In this document: one piece after another, positions 46,692 to 56,509 of the stretch
How positions within the stretch are numbered: the stretch's first letter is position 1
Layout of the letters: each line of letters opens with the position of its first letter
Source of the DNA: a bacterium
Lineage (GTDB): Bacteria; Patescibacteriota; Patescibacteriia; SBBB01
Length of the DNA: 64,000 nt
Assembly: GCA_005239895.1 (NCBI GenBank)
Contig: SBBB01000025.1
Span: 98,170-162,169 of the forward strand
Reading direction: 5' to 3'
Notes under the pieces: generated by a model
The model's database searches: none
Seen by the model: only the letters and a program-made list of their open reading frames with translations
What the model was told of the DNA's origin: nothing
Program-made: the position numbers and the translations under genes

Positions 46692-47126
46692 TTACAGGAT
46701 ACCTATTTCTCCTAATTTTTCAGCTGTTCTGTCCGTACTTTTTTCAGCTGAATTCCTGTAAGCAATCCATTTATCAGTGTCCCAAATCTCTAATCTATTA
46801 TAAACACCTGTGATGGTTACATCTTTTTGTAAACCAGCATAGGTCTTTAAATAATCAGGGACTAAAACTCTACCCAAGCCATCGGTCTCTACTTCTACGG
46901 CTCCGCTTAATATTAGTCTAACCAAACTACGTACTTCAGCCGTGCCTTGAGATAACTTGCTAAGTTTATCAGCCACTAAAGACCACTCTTGCTGAGAGTA
47001 TAAAAATAAACAGCTATCAAAACCTCTGGTCAAAACAACCTTGTCCCCAAGTTCTTTCCTTAATTTGGCTGGAACAGCTAAACGCTTTTTATTATCTAAA
47101 TTGTATTGATACTCGCCTATTAACAT
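46692..47126 (-). CDS. mraZ: Transcriptional regulator MraZ
   Basis: MLIGEYQYNLDNKKRLAVPAKLR and a second SpoVT/AbrB-like repeat. Confidence 0.9.
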   Translation of the reverse strand: MLIGEYQYNLDNKKRLAVPAKLRKELGDKVVLTRGFDSCLFLYSQQEWSLVADKLSKLSQGTAEVRSLVRLILSGAVEVETDGLGRVLVPDYLKTYAGLQKDVTITGVYNRLEIWDTDKWIAYRNSAEKSTDRTAEKLGEIGIL

Positions 47127-47137
47127 ATTTTTCTTGG

Positions 47138-47253
47138 TTATCCACAGTTTTTAGTGGTTATTAACACTTTTATCCACTTTTATACACTGTAGATACACTA
47201 TACACCACCTATAAATATAAATTCAAGTAATATTTACTAAAAACTGTGGATAA
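47138..47253 (-). promoter_or_regulatory. Candidate MraZ operator: five or more AGTG[GT][AT]T boxes at about 10-11 bp spacing upstream of mraZ (two read as perfect DnaA boxes TTATCCACA on the opposite strand)
   Basis: Minus strand reads GGTGTAT AGTGTAT CTAC AGTGTAT AAA AGTGGAT AAA AGTGTTA ... CTGTGGATAA. DnaA-box-like 9-mers sit at 47138-47146, 47170-47178 and 47245-47253. Confidence 0.5.
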
Positions 47254-47413
47254 CACTTAATAACTACAAAGTAGAATGTAGAAAATAATTATTTTGCCAT
47301 TAAAGGCTTAGAACCAGGTGAATTGACGAAGAGCTTAAAAATACATTAAAATACTTACCGTAGTTTATCAATTTTTGACCCATAAACCGACATAAACCGC
47401 AAAGGAGAATATT

Positions 47414-47626
47414 ATGAGTAAGGATACCGCGGCACCAAATTTAAAATCTTCAATATCTTTAGAGTGTCCCTGTTGCACCAATTTAATGAAACCAGACGAA
47501 ATAACATGTGTGCGTTGTCATGTAGTCTCTACGGTCCACCAGCGGAACGAGCTATATCGAGAACATAGCACGCATATCAAGGAAAGTGCGGAACATAAAT
47601 TCCGCTCCTACTTAGCCAATTTGTAG
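47414..47626 (+). CDS. Small zinc-ribbon protein (ECPCC...CVRCH), paralogue A
   Basis: SD AAAGGAG upstream of the ATG. CxxC-x13-CxxC. Shares ECPxCxNLMxPxE..C..CH..ST..QR..L..EH..HI with the ORF at 47914. Confidence 0.55.
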   Translation: MSKDTAAPNLKSSISLECPCCTNLMKPDEITCVRCHVVSTVHQRNELYREHSTHIKESAEHKFRSYLANL

Positions 47627-47913
47627 CTCTGATCTAATTGAAAATTAGGGTATTGACTTTTAAAGCAGTTTTTAAAAACTGCCAAAAACTTATACCGCAT
47701 TATCGAACAATGATAATGCGGTTGTCTATTTTAAAAATTTTGATAGGTTGTATTTTAAATCATAAATCATAAATCTTATATCTTAAATTACTTTCAACTT
47801 TCAACTTTATAAACCTTCTAACTCTTCTAATTGACTCTGGTCTTAAAATTTATTAAAGTAATTAGTATGGTTTTGAGTTTTTGGTGTATAAATTATTAAG
47901 GAAGGAGGATTAC

Positions 47914-48156
47914 GTGGATAAAAAAGTTAGAAAAAAACCTTCAAATTCTTTTGAGTGTCCAGGTTGTCCTAACTTAATGGAACCAACAGAAAAAGAATGT
48001 CAAAAATGCCATTTATGTTCTACATATCAACAGCGTCGTGCGCTCCAACACGAACATGGTGTGCATATTTATGTAAGCACGGGATATAAACATACAGCCG
48101 AGGAAGACCTACCTTTTATGGAAAACGCCCGAAGAGTGCACGAAGGAGATTCCTAA
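47914..48156 (+). CDS. Small zinc-ribbon protein (ECPGC...CQKCH), paralogue B; GTG start inferred
   Basis: Strong SD AAGGAAGGAGGA 6 nt before the GTG at 47914. The ORF-track ATG at 47881 would place the SD inside the coding sequence. Confidence 0.5.
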   Translation: MDKKVRKKPSNSFECPGCPNLMEPTEKECQKCHLCSTYQQRRALQHEHGVHIYVSTGYKHTAEEDLPFMENARRVHEGDS

Positions 48157-48196
48157 ACCATGCTGTTAAAATCAATTGTTGTAAACAACTCATCAA

Positions 48197-48237
48197 AGTC
48201 TCCGAATACTTGCTGTTATTCGGAGACTTATCTTTTT
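48197..48237 (+). terminator. Strong rho-independent terminator (AAGTCTCCGAATA...TATTCGGAGACTT plus ATCTTTTT)
   Basis: 13-bp perfect stem and T-run directly after zinc-ribbon paralogue B. Confidence 0.7.
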
Positions 48238-48419
48238 AAAAAAGGAAGCTTTTGATTTAAACAAAAGACTTCCCAATATTTTTTGGAACCAATCATATAA
48301 TGATGTATTGAGTTTTTAAAAAATTCTTAAACCCGTCAATTTGCCAATACAAACAAACTTCAAGGGGTTGATCGTAAATAATATGATCAACCCTCCATGC
48401 AAACTATTTCATCTTTTAA

Positions 48420-48608
48420 TTAATTATGCGAGTGTGCATATGCATTTCTGCAGGCCTTTTTGTCAAAGTATGTAATTTTGTTGTTGAGGTTAATACCCCA
48501 GCGCCTACGAAATATGAATGACCTACATACAATACACACCAACCCACGGTCAATTAAATAAGATTGTAATTTCATAAACCAGTTTAATCTGATAATCCAG
48601 TTTGGCAT
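48420..48608 (-). CDS. Small hypothetical protein (62 aa, CIVC)
   Basis: SD AAGGAGG 7 nt upstream of the ATG on the minus strand. A hairpin GGGTTGATC...GATCAACCC lies downstream. Confidence 0.4.
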   Translation of the reverse strand: MPNWIIRLNWFMKLQSYLIDRGLVCIVCRSFIFRRRWGINLNNKITYFDKKACRNAYAHSHN

Positions 48609-48840
48609 TGCACGTTCCTCCTTATATTTTGCCTTTTTATGGCATTTTTACTGATATTATAACAATGATAGAAAAAAGCAATTTTGTCAATTCCTATCGG
48701 TAATGGCAGAAATCCAACCATAATCTCCTCTTGCTTTTTATCTAAAAACGTGCTATAATATAGTATTGATTTGTACCTTTATAAAAACACAAACAAATTT
48801 CGCAAATCTATTTATATAAGCAATTCAGTGGATAAAAAGT

Positions 48841-50172
48841 ATGGATTTTAATTTGGGAGATATATTAACAAACCTGGATATTTTTTTTTCGGGATCACCT
48901 TTAGATATATTTTTAAACTTATTTAGAAACGGTGGATGGTTTTTTATCTTAATAGCATTTCTAGTGGCTCTTTATAAAAGTTGGATTTTTTTGCGTCAAT
49001 GCAGATATGACGAATCTGTCAAACGTATTGTTTTGTCACTAACATTACCCAGGGTAAACACTAATAAAACTTTAAAATCTGTAGAAAATATTTTTGCGCA
49101 ACTAGCTGGAGCACACACAACTTTTAACTTATGGGAAACCTATGTTTTGGGAATATTCCAGTTAAGTTTTAGTTTTGAAATTGTTAGTATGAACGGCCGT
49201 CTGCATTTATTTGTGCGTACGCCGGTTAGATTTAAACCTCTAATTGAAAGTATTTTTTACGCGCAATACCCAGATATAGAAATTACCGAAGTAAATGACT
49301 ATGTAAACAGTGTTCCCAATACATATCCTGATCCCAATTATGATATCTGGGGCACGGAATTTATTTTAGTCAAAGATCAGTCCTATCCCTTACGTAGTTA
49401 TATAGAATTTGAAGAGCAACTGAGCCAAGAATTAAAAGACCCTATGGCTGGAATGTTAGAATGCTTAGGTAAACTCGGACCAGATGAACAGGGTTGGTTT
49501 CAAATTATAGTTAAACCCATAGCCGACACAGATTGGAAAGAGGGTAGCAAAAAAATGATTGATAAAATTTTAAAACAAGAGATTAAACACAGTGGACTGG
49601 GAGCGTCAATATCTAATGCCGCATCTAATGCCGCGTATAGTGGAGTTGAAATGTTTAATCAAACGTTATGGGGAACTGAACCAGCAGCTGCAGCTAAAGT
49701 TCAGGCCGGAGCTGATCAAAGCAGATTAAACCTCATGTTAAACCCAACTATTCGCCAAGAATTAGATGCCATTCAAAGAAAAGCTAGTAAAATTGGTTTT
49801 CATGTTAAAATACGGTATATTTACATAGGCAAACACCAATCTTTTGATAAAGCTAGGGGTGTGTATGGGGTAATAGGGGCTATCAAGCAATTAAATAGTG
49901 TTAATTTAAACTCCTTAAAACCAGATATGAAAAAAACAGCCACGCGCGCGTACTATTTTTTTGTTAAATTAAGAGTAAAATGGAAAAAAGAAAAAATAAT
50001 GCGAGGCTATAAAGCCCGCAGCACTGTGCGCGGTCGCAATATGTTCGTCTTAAATACGGAAGAATTAGCCACTCTCTTTCATTTGCCTGTGGATCAAGTT
50101 AAATCACCCTACTTGCAAAGAACCGGGGCTAAAAAGGCTGAACCACCCCTTACCTTACCTTTGGCTAATTAA
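48841..50172 (+). CDS. Single-pass membrane protein of unknown function, co-transcribed with the downstream T4CP-like ATPase
   Basis: N-terminal TM GGWFFILIAFLVALYKSWIFL, 443 aa, no recognised family; 24-nt gap to the next gene. Confidence 0.55.
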   Translation: MDFNLGDILTNLDIFFSGSPLDIFLNLFRNGGWFFILIAFLVALYKSWIFLRQCRYDESVKRIVLSLTLPRVNTNKTLKSVENIFAQLAGAHTTFNLWETYVLGIFQLSFSFEIVSMNGRLHLFVRTPVRFKPLIESIFYAQYPDIEITEVNDYVNSVPNTYPDPNYDIWGTEFILVKDQSYPLRSYIEFEEQLSQELKDPMAGMLECLGKLGPDEQGWFQIIVKPIADTDWKEGSKKMIDKILKQEIKHSGLGASISNAASNAAYSGVEMFNQTLWGTEPAAAAKVQAGADQSRLNLMLNPTIRQELDAIQRKASKIGFHVKIRYIYIGKHQSFDKARGVYGVIGAIKQLNSVNLNSLKPDMKKTATRAYYFFVKLRVKWKKEKIMRGYKARSTVRGRNMFVLNTEELATLFHLPVDQVKSPYLQRTGAKKAEPPLTLPLAN

Positions 50173-50195
50173 TTTTACTAAAAACAATTATAGAT

Positions 50196-52094
50196 ATGAA
50201 TGAAAGCAATGAAGTTAATACTAATCTTAATAACAATGGGGTCACGCCATTTGCTGCGACTACTTTTCGAAATCAACACAGAGTATTTGGAATTAAAAAA
50301 GATGACCGCCGAAGACATGTATATTTAGTTGGTAAAACCGGTATGGGAAAATCTGTAACTCTAGAGCATATGATTTACTCTGACATTCACGCTGGCAATG
50401 GTCTGGCTGTGGTTGACCCTCATGGAGATTTGGCTGAAAAAGTTTTAACATTTATTCCTAATAATAGAATTAATGATGTTGTTTATTTTAATCCCGGCGA
50501 CATTGAATACCCTGTCGCGTTTAATATATTAGAAAGCGTAGCGCAAGATAAAAAACATTTAATTGCTTCGGGATTAATTGGGGTTTTTAAAAAAATTTGG
50601 GCTGATAGTTGGGGACCGCGCTTAGAATATGTTTTAAGAAACACTATCTTGGCTTTATTAGATTATGATGGTTCAACTTTATTGGGTGTAATGAGAATCT
50701 TGGTTGATAAATCTTACCGCTCTATGGTTATACAACATGTCACTGACCCGGTTGTAAAATCTTTTTGGCTGGATGAATACAGTAAATATCCTGATAAATT
50801 TCAAATTGAAGCTATTGCGCCCATTCAAAACAAGGTCGGACGTTTTCTATCTAATTCCCTAGTTCGTAATATAATCGGACAAGTAAAGTCTAGTATTAAT
50901 ATTAGACAAATCATGGATACTAAAAAAATCTTAATTATGAATTTGTCTAAGGGTCATATCGGCGAAGACACGGCCGAACTTCTGGGATCTATGATGATTA
51001 CTAAAATCCAATTAGCGGCCATGGAAAGAGTGGATGTGCCTGAAACATCCAGACCAGATTTTTATTTATACGTTGACGAGTTTCAAAATTTTGCCACGGA
51101 TTCTTTTGCTAATATTTTATCTGAAGCGCGCAAATACCATCTTAATCTTATAATGGCTCACCAATATATTGAGCAACTGGGAGAAATAGTAAAACCAGCT
51201 GTATTTGGAAATGTGGGTAGTATGATTTGTTTTAGAGTGGGCGCTACGGACGCCATAGAATTAGAACCGGAATTTATGCCTCGTTTTACTCAAGAAGATT
51301 TAGTAAATTTAGCAAAATACGAAATGTGTCTTAAGCTTATGATTGATGGTGTTTCGTCCGAACCATTTTCAGCTTGCACCATTCCACCCATAACCAAAGA
51401 TTATAACACTAAAAATACTATTATTCAAGTCTCTCGCGAGAGATACACAAAACCTCGAGCCACGGTGGAAGAAAAAATAGTCAGATGGTCTGAGGGCCAA
51501 AGAACATTACCATCTACCACCAATCCATCTCCAACCTCTAAAGGTTCATCTATGCCGAGCATGAACGATCAACCAGAGGAAGAAAGTAATCAACCGCTCC
51601 AAGAAATAAAATGGTATCCTATCAATTGTAGTCACTGTGGAATTAGCACTGAAGTTCCTTTTAAACCCCTAGAAGGAAAACCAGCTTATTGTAAGGCTTG
51701 TTTAAAAATAGTTAAAGCCAACAAAACACAAACTCCAAAACAAAAAATAGTTTCTGCTCCGGATCAACTCCCCCAACGCGCTCCTGAACAAAAACCATTC
51801 AAACCAGTATTACCTAAAATTAATAATATCAACAATGAAACTATTCAAAATAGAACTTTTCGTCCGGTTACATCCCGTCAAATTTCACCCTCACAAAATG
51901 CGACTCAAGTAAATATAAACAAACCAGTGGATATACGTAGCACACAAAACAATTTTAAACTAACTAAAATTACACCTCCTCAAAATATCATAGAAGAAAA
52001 TACAATCCAACCAACCGAGCAAAATACCCCAACCAGTCGTAAACTACCAATATCTGGTAATCTTAAACCAGGTGATGTAGTAAAAATAGAATAA
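50196..52094 (+). CDS. TraD/TrwB/VirD4-like (type IV coupling protein family) AAA ATPase lacking N-terminal TMs, with a C-terminal CxxC...CxxC zinc ribbon
   Basis: RHVYLVGKTGMGKSVTLEHMI...AVVDPHGDL resembles the TrwB Walker A region (GATGTGKS...IVDPNGD). Walker B FYLYVDEFQNF. C-terminal NCSHCG...CKAC. Low-complexity linker. No TM helices. Confidence 0.65.
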   Translation: MNESNEVNTNLNNNGVTPFAATTFRNQHRVFGIKKDDRRRHVYLVGKTGMGKSVTLEHMIYSDIHAGNGLAVVDPHGDLAEKVLTFIPNNRINDVVYFNPGDIEYPVAFNILESVAQDKKHLIASGLIGVFKKIWADSWGPRLEYVLRNTILALLDYDGSTLLGVMRILVDKSYRSMVIQHVTDPVVKSFWLDEYSKYPDKFQIEAIAPIQNKVGRFLSNSLVRNIIGQVKSSINIRQIMDTKKILIMNLSKGHIGEDTAELLGSMMITKIQLAAMERVDVPETSRPDFYLYVDEFQNFATDSFANILSEARKYHLNLIMAHQYIEQLGEIVKPAVFGNVGSMICFRVGATDAIELEPEFMPRFTQEDLVNLAKYEMCLKLMIDGVSSEPFSACTIPPITKDYNTKNTIIQVSRERYTKPRATVEEKIVRWSEGQRTLPSTTNPSPTSKGSSMPSMNDQPEEESNQPLQEIKWYPINCSHCGISTEVPFKPLEGKPAYCKACLKIVKANKTQTPKQKIVSAPDQLPQRAPEQKPFKPVLPKINNINNETIQNRTFRPVTSRQISPSQNATQVNINKPVDIRSTQNNFKLTKITPPQNIIEENTIQPTEQNTPTSRKLPISGNLKPGDVVKIE

Positions 52095-52104
52095 AAAAAT
52101 ACTT

Positions 52105-52704
52105 TTAAAATTTTGAATTTGATTTTGTTTTTTTGGTTTTAACTTTATCCGTCTTAGTTTTGTCTGTGTTCACTGTAGCTTTATCTCTCCAATCCGTAAC
52201 ACCGTAAGTTAAAAATGTTTTAATTTCTGGTCCCAATATTAAATAAACATTAATATCTTTAGCTGGTCGCATATAAAACGAACCTGGCAACAGTCCCTCC
52301 TTACCAATATAAAACTTTAAGGTTTTACCTTTTACATCTACAGACAAAGTTAAACTATTTTTTTCGTCTACTCCTAATCTAGGATAGTTGTTAATATTTT
52401 TAGATGTTATTTCACTAATTTTTATCTCAGCTATCTGTTTTTTAAATTTTGAAACCAAAACATCTGAGGCTTTAAATTCATTAACCTGCCACTGATTACT
52501 AGATTTATTTAACACTATAGTATTGTTTAATGAACCTAAACTAATTTTATCTACGGAATTAATAGAAGAAATTAAAGTGTCAATATCTATGTTGATAATT
52601 TTACTATGTTTATTTAACCAATGCTCGGTTAACCACAAAATAGCGGTTAAAATAATTAAGCCTACAAAAACACTCAAAAAAATATGAAGATATTTTTTAG
52701 ACAT
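52105..52704 (-). CDS. DUF4340-like membrane-anchored protein (partner of a GldG-type ABC auxiliary component)
   Basis: N-terminal TM, beta-rich body, Lys-rich tail; located immediately after the ABC-2/GldG fusion gene. Confidence 0.45.
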   Translation of the reverse strand: MSKKYLHIFLSVFVGLIILTAILWLTEHWLNKHSKIINIDIDTLISSINSVDKISLGSLNNTIVLNKSSNQWQVNEFKASDVLVSKFKKQIAEIKISEITSKNINNYPRLGVDEKNSLTLSVDVKGKTLKFYIGKEGLLPGSFYMRPAKDINVYLILGPEIKTFLTYGVTDWRDKATVNTDKTKTDKVKTKKTKSNSKF

Positions 52705-54901
52705 AAATTTTTTTCGATAATTTCCTTCTACGCATTAAACGCCAAACTCCAACTAGTAGAGGTAAAAAAACAACCAGCGCTAAATTACCATATTTTATTA
52801 ATAAAACCTGCTTAAAATCCGTGGGTTGCAAGGACCTTAGATTGGACTGCTTTAAACTTAAACTAATAAGTGAATCTTCTTGGGTTAAATCAGATAATAA
52901 TCCCATTCCTAAAACTAAATTTTGAGATGTGGATTGTAAAAACGAATCTGTTAAAAAATCTGAATCTCCGATAATTACGACTCGACCAGCTCCAGCTTTA
53001 ATGTTTACACCTAAATATTGTTGACCCAAAATGGGATGACTAAATTGCTCTTCAGGTTCCACGGAAGTAATTTTTAAAACCTCTCTATTACCTCCAAATT
53101 TAGATGTAGTAATTAATGGTTGTATTTCTTTGGAAGCTAACTTAGTATTATCTTTAATGGATATGGAACTTGCCCAGGGCAATACTAAATAATCAAGTTT
53201 AAAACGTTTTTGTATATCATCTGTTAATTTAGCTTTCATCCAGTAAGGATAAGGTAATAAATAAACAATATTACCCTTGTTAAAACGCAACACTTCATTA
53301 AATTTTACATCATAGACAATGTCTGAATTTACTACCACGCCATAATCCAGCGCCAAATCAGCTAAACTAAATGGATTAACAGCTGCTTGCAAACTACCTG
53401 GAATTATTAAAGTAGGATCAATTAAAAATAGAACTCTTCCACCACTGGCAATAAATTTCTTAATCGCCACCCTAGCTTCACTATCCATTTCTTGAGTTGG
53501 ACCAGCTACGACCAACACTGACAAATCCTTAGGCATAGTAAAATTTTTATCATCCATTTTTAATTCTATAACCTCAAACTGATTTTTTAATTCTTGACCC
53601 CATATTCTATAATCCTCTTCTAACTTTTTTTCACCGTGCCCACTTACAAAAGCAATTTTATTTTTTTTAGTAACGGTGAGTTTTTTAATAATACTTGTTA
53701 ATTGATACTCTAGTTGATTAGTATTTTCTATAAATGGAATTACCTCTTTAACTCCCGCAAAATCTATGGACAAACCCAAATAACCCGACTGTATTTTAAA
53801 TTCTTCAGATTCAATGATATTAAACTGCACTTCGGTAATACCAACCTGACTTGCCTCTTTAGCTATTTCGGAGTTACCGGATATATTTTTATATTTTACA
53901 ACCACATTACCCTTACTCAACGCTTGATAATCCCGTAATAAATCTTTAGTATCTCTTAAAATTAATTGAAATTTAGGAGGCAATTTATCCGAAGTATAAA
54001 GAACTATATTAACAACGTCTGGCAAACTTAATAACTGTTTCTCAGTAATCTTGCTGAGGCTATAAATTTTATCACTGGTCAAATCGTATCTTAACGGAAC
54101 ATAACGAACAATAGTATTTATCAAAATCACAATACCCAATAATAAAATAATTCCAATCTTAGAATTACGATAAAAACTATGTTGTTTGTCAAACTTCCTA
54201 CCCAATAATAATAAATAAGCCCAACTTAAAAATATAGTTATAATTGATAAAAAATATAAAACATCTTTGGCGTCTAACACCCCTCTGGTTAAAACATTGA
54301 AATGTGACAAGATGGTTAATTGCTCCCAATACTCAGCGATAGCTAATGGCAAACGCATGGTCACCATGTCCATTCCAAATAAAACTAAAAACAAATTAAC
54401 AATTATACTTACCAATACAACTGAAATCTGGCTTGTAAATATAGCTGAAATAAATATACCCAAAGCTAAAAATGCAGCGGCCAATAAAATACTAGATGCG
54501 TACTGACCCGCAATCACACCCCAATCCAAAACACCTATAGTATTAATAGCTATTCCAATTGGCACAGTTAAAACTAAAATAATAATAATAAAACCCAAGC
54601 CACCTAAAAATTTTCCTAAAATTACTTCTATTTCTTGTAAGGGATGGGTTAATAATAACTCTAAAGTTCCAGAGTTTTTTTCTTGACAAATACTTTGCAT
54701 GGTCAAAATGGGAATCAAAAATATAAAAACCCATGGCAACAACGCGAATAGAATTCTTAAAGAGGCCTCACCAGCCAAAAAAACACTTTGAAAAAATAGA
54801 AATTCCCAAACCGCTAAAAAAACAATCAAAACAATATAACCAACAGGGTTATTAAAATAATGATTTATTTCTTTTTTGGCGATAATTAAAATATTACTCA
54901 T
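52697..54901 (-). CDS. Fusion of an ABC-2 type permease (GldF-like) and a GldG-like ABC transporter auxiliary domain
   Basis: Six N-terminal TM helices with the ABC-2 pattern, then a large extracytoplasmic domain ending in a C-terminal TM, as in GldG. Confidence 0.6.
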   Translation of the reverse strand: MSNILIIAKKEINHYFNNPVGYIVLIVFLAVWEFLFFQSVFLAGEASLRILFALLPWVFIFLIPILTMQSICQEKNSGTLELLLTHPLQEIEVILGKFLGGLGFIIIILVLTVPIGIAINTIGVLDWGVIAGQYASSILLAAAFLALGIFISAIFTSQISVVLVSIIVNLFLVLFGMDMVTMRLPLAIAEYWEQLTILSHFNVLTRGVLDAKDVLYFLSIITIFLSWAYLLLLGRKFDKQHSFYRNSKIGIILLLGIVILINTIVRYVPLRYDLTSDKIYSLSKITEKQLLSLPDVVNIVLYTSDKLPPKFQLILRDTKDLLRDYQALSKGNVVVKYKNISGNSEIAKEASQVGITEVQFNIIESEEFKIQSGYLGLSIDFAGVKEVIPFIENTNQLEYQLTSIIKKLTVTKKNKIAFVSGHGEKKLEEDYRIWGQELKNQFEVIELKMDDKNFTMPKDLSVLVVAGPTQEMDSEARVAIKKFIASGGRVLFLIDPTLIIPGSLQAAVNPFSLADLALDYGVVVNSDIVYDVKFNEVLRFNKGNIVYLLPYPYWMKAKLTDDIQKRFKLDYLVLPWASSISIKDNTKLASKEIQPLITTSKFGGNREVLKITSVEPEEQFSHPILGQQYLGVNIKAGAGRVVIIGDSDFLTDSFLQSTSQNLVLGMGLLSDLTQEDSLISLSLKQSNLRSLQPTDFKQVLLIKYGNLALVVFLPLLVGVWRLMRRRKLSKKIYV

Positions 54902-56456
54902 AATGAAGCCCTTTTTTAAATCTTATAATACCCAAATATACCACACTGCTAATTAATCCAGCAAGTATGGTTTGTACTAAAATCATTATATAGGCTTGAT
55001 ACCTAGATATGGAAGATGCGAATAATTGTAAAATAAAACCACTAATAATCGTGACCAATCCAATTTGCACCAAAGACCTAAACAAATTTTTATCTAAAAT
55101 AATCAAACCATAGCGCAATCTTAACATTATCCATAATAATGACAAACTCATAATACCACTTAAACTAAAACTTAGGGCTAAACCAGCCACGCCCAAAGTT
55201 TTACTTAAATATAATCCTGAAATGATCGTGATAATTGTAACGACAATATTAATTACTAAGGGTATGAGTGTGTTTTTTAAAGCGTAAAAAACTCTCAAAA
55301 AAAGTGGAATTAAACTCTGAGCAAATACGCCTATACAAAAAAACATTAACACTTCACTTATCCGATTAATAGTAATGAAATCCACTTTGGATCCACTAAA
55401 AAGTATCGTAACAACTTGTTCGCGCAAAATATACAACATCACGCTTAAAGGAATAACAATATGCGTAATGTTCAAAAACGACATTCTTAAGGTTTTTATA
55501 AATGCCAAGCTATCGTCTTTAGCAATTTCAAGTGATAATTTTGGAAACGCAGATATAGCTAACGAAATACCAACTACCCCTGTTAAAACACCTTGTAAAT
55601 TATTAGCTAAATTAAAAATACTAAGACCACCATCGTACGCAACATTTAAAGCTAAAATAGATAAAATAAATAAATTTAATTGATTTAACCCCAAAGTTAA
55701 AGCCCGAGGCGGCATAATTCTAAATACATCTCGTAAATTTTTATCCTTAAAATTCACAAGAAATTGATATTTATAACCCAACCCTCTTAAAGCTGGAATA
55801 TGAATGAAAAAATGCAAAAACGCCCCTAATACAACACCTAAAGCTAAACCTGATAAACCAAAAAATGGTGTAAAAAATATAGCCCCTAGAATAATACCAA
55901 CATTGTACATGGCAGCTGCTAAGCTATATGCTAAAAATCTTTTATAAACTTGCAATATGCCACTTAAAACTCCACTTAACATAAAGAACACTGTGGACAT
56001 CAACATAATTCGACTTAATAAAACAGTTTCATTTAATTGCGCTGGTGTAAATTGAGGCGCAATCAAAGCTATAATATAAGGCATGAATATCCATAAAATT
56101 ATATTCACACCTACAATAACTTGCAATAATAAAGTGATCAATAAATTAACAAAAGATCGCGCGTTTTCATTAAGCTGACCATCTTGATTTTTGGTTTTGT
56201 CTCCAATTAAGCACCTACTAAAAATAGGAATAAAACTAGCGGATAAAACTCCAGATACAATTAATATATATACTAAATCTGGAATTAAAATGGCAGTATA
56301 ATATTGATCTAAAGTAGTTGTAGCTCCAAAAATACTAGTTAATATTTTATCCCGAACTAGTCCCAACACGCGAGATAAAATACTAGCGCAACCAATTATA
56401 ATACCACCCATTATTACGGTTTTAGATTCTCGACAAAAAAAACCCGAAAACAACAT
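54894..56456 (-). CDS. murJ: Lipid II flippase MurJ (MviN)
   Basis: 14-TM MOP-family pattern, conserved N-terminal SRVLGLVRDKIL. Confidence 0.85.
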   Translation of the reverse strand: MLFSGFFCRESKTVIMGGIIIGCASILSRVLGLVRDKILTSIFGATTTLDQYYTAILIPDLVYILIVSGVLSASFIPIFSRCLIGDKTKNQDGQLNENARSFVNLLITLLLQVIVGVNIILWIFMPYIIALIAPQFTPAQLNETVLLSRIMLMSTVFFMLSGVLSGILQVYKRFLAYSLAAAMYNVGIILGAIFFTPFFGLSGLALGVVLGAFLHFFIHIPALRGLGYKYQFLVNFKDKNLRDVFRIMPPRALTLGLNQLNLFILSILALNVAYDGGLSIFNLANNLQGVLTGVVGISLAISAFPKLSLEIAKDDSLAFIKTLRMSFLNITHIVIPLSVMLYILREQVVTILFSGSKVDFITINRISEVLMFFCIGVFAQSLIPLFLRVFYALKNTLIPLVINIVVTIITIISGLYLSKTLGVAGLALSFSLSGIMSLSLLWIMLRLRYGLIILDKNLFRSLVQIGLVTIISGFILQLFASSISRYQAYIMILVQTILAGLISSVVYLGIIRFKKGLHYE

Positions 56457-56509
56457 AAATTATTATTTTAAATTCAAATCAAAAATAAATACTATAGAAA
56501 CAATTAAAT

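Noticed and set aside
47138-47253. oriC or a DnaA-box cluster
   Set aside because: Three DnaA-box-like 9-mers are present, but they form part of a periodic AGTG[GT]AT direct-repeat series immediately upstream of mraZ, which fits the MraZ operator better. No dnaA or dnaN gene or AT-rich DUE context is visible. The point is kept as a caveat in the findings.
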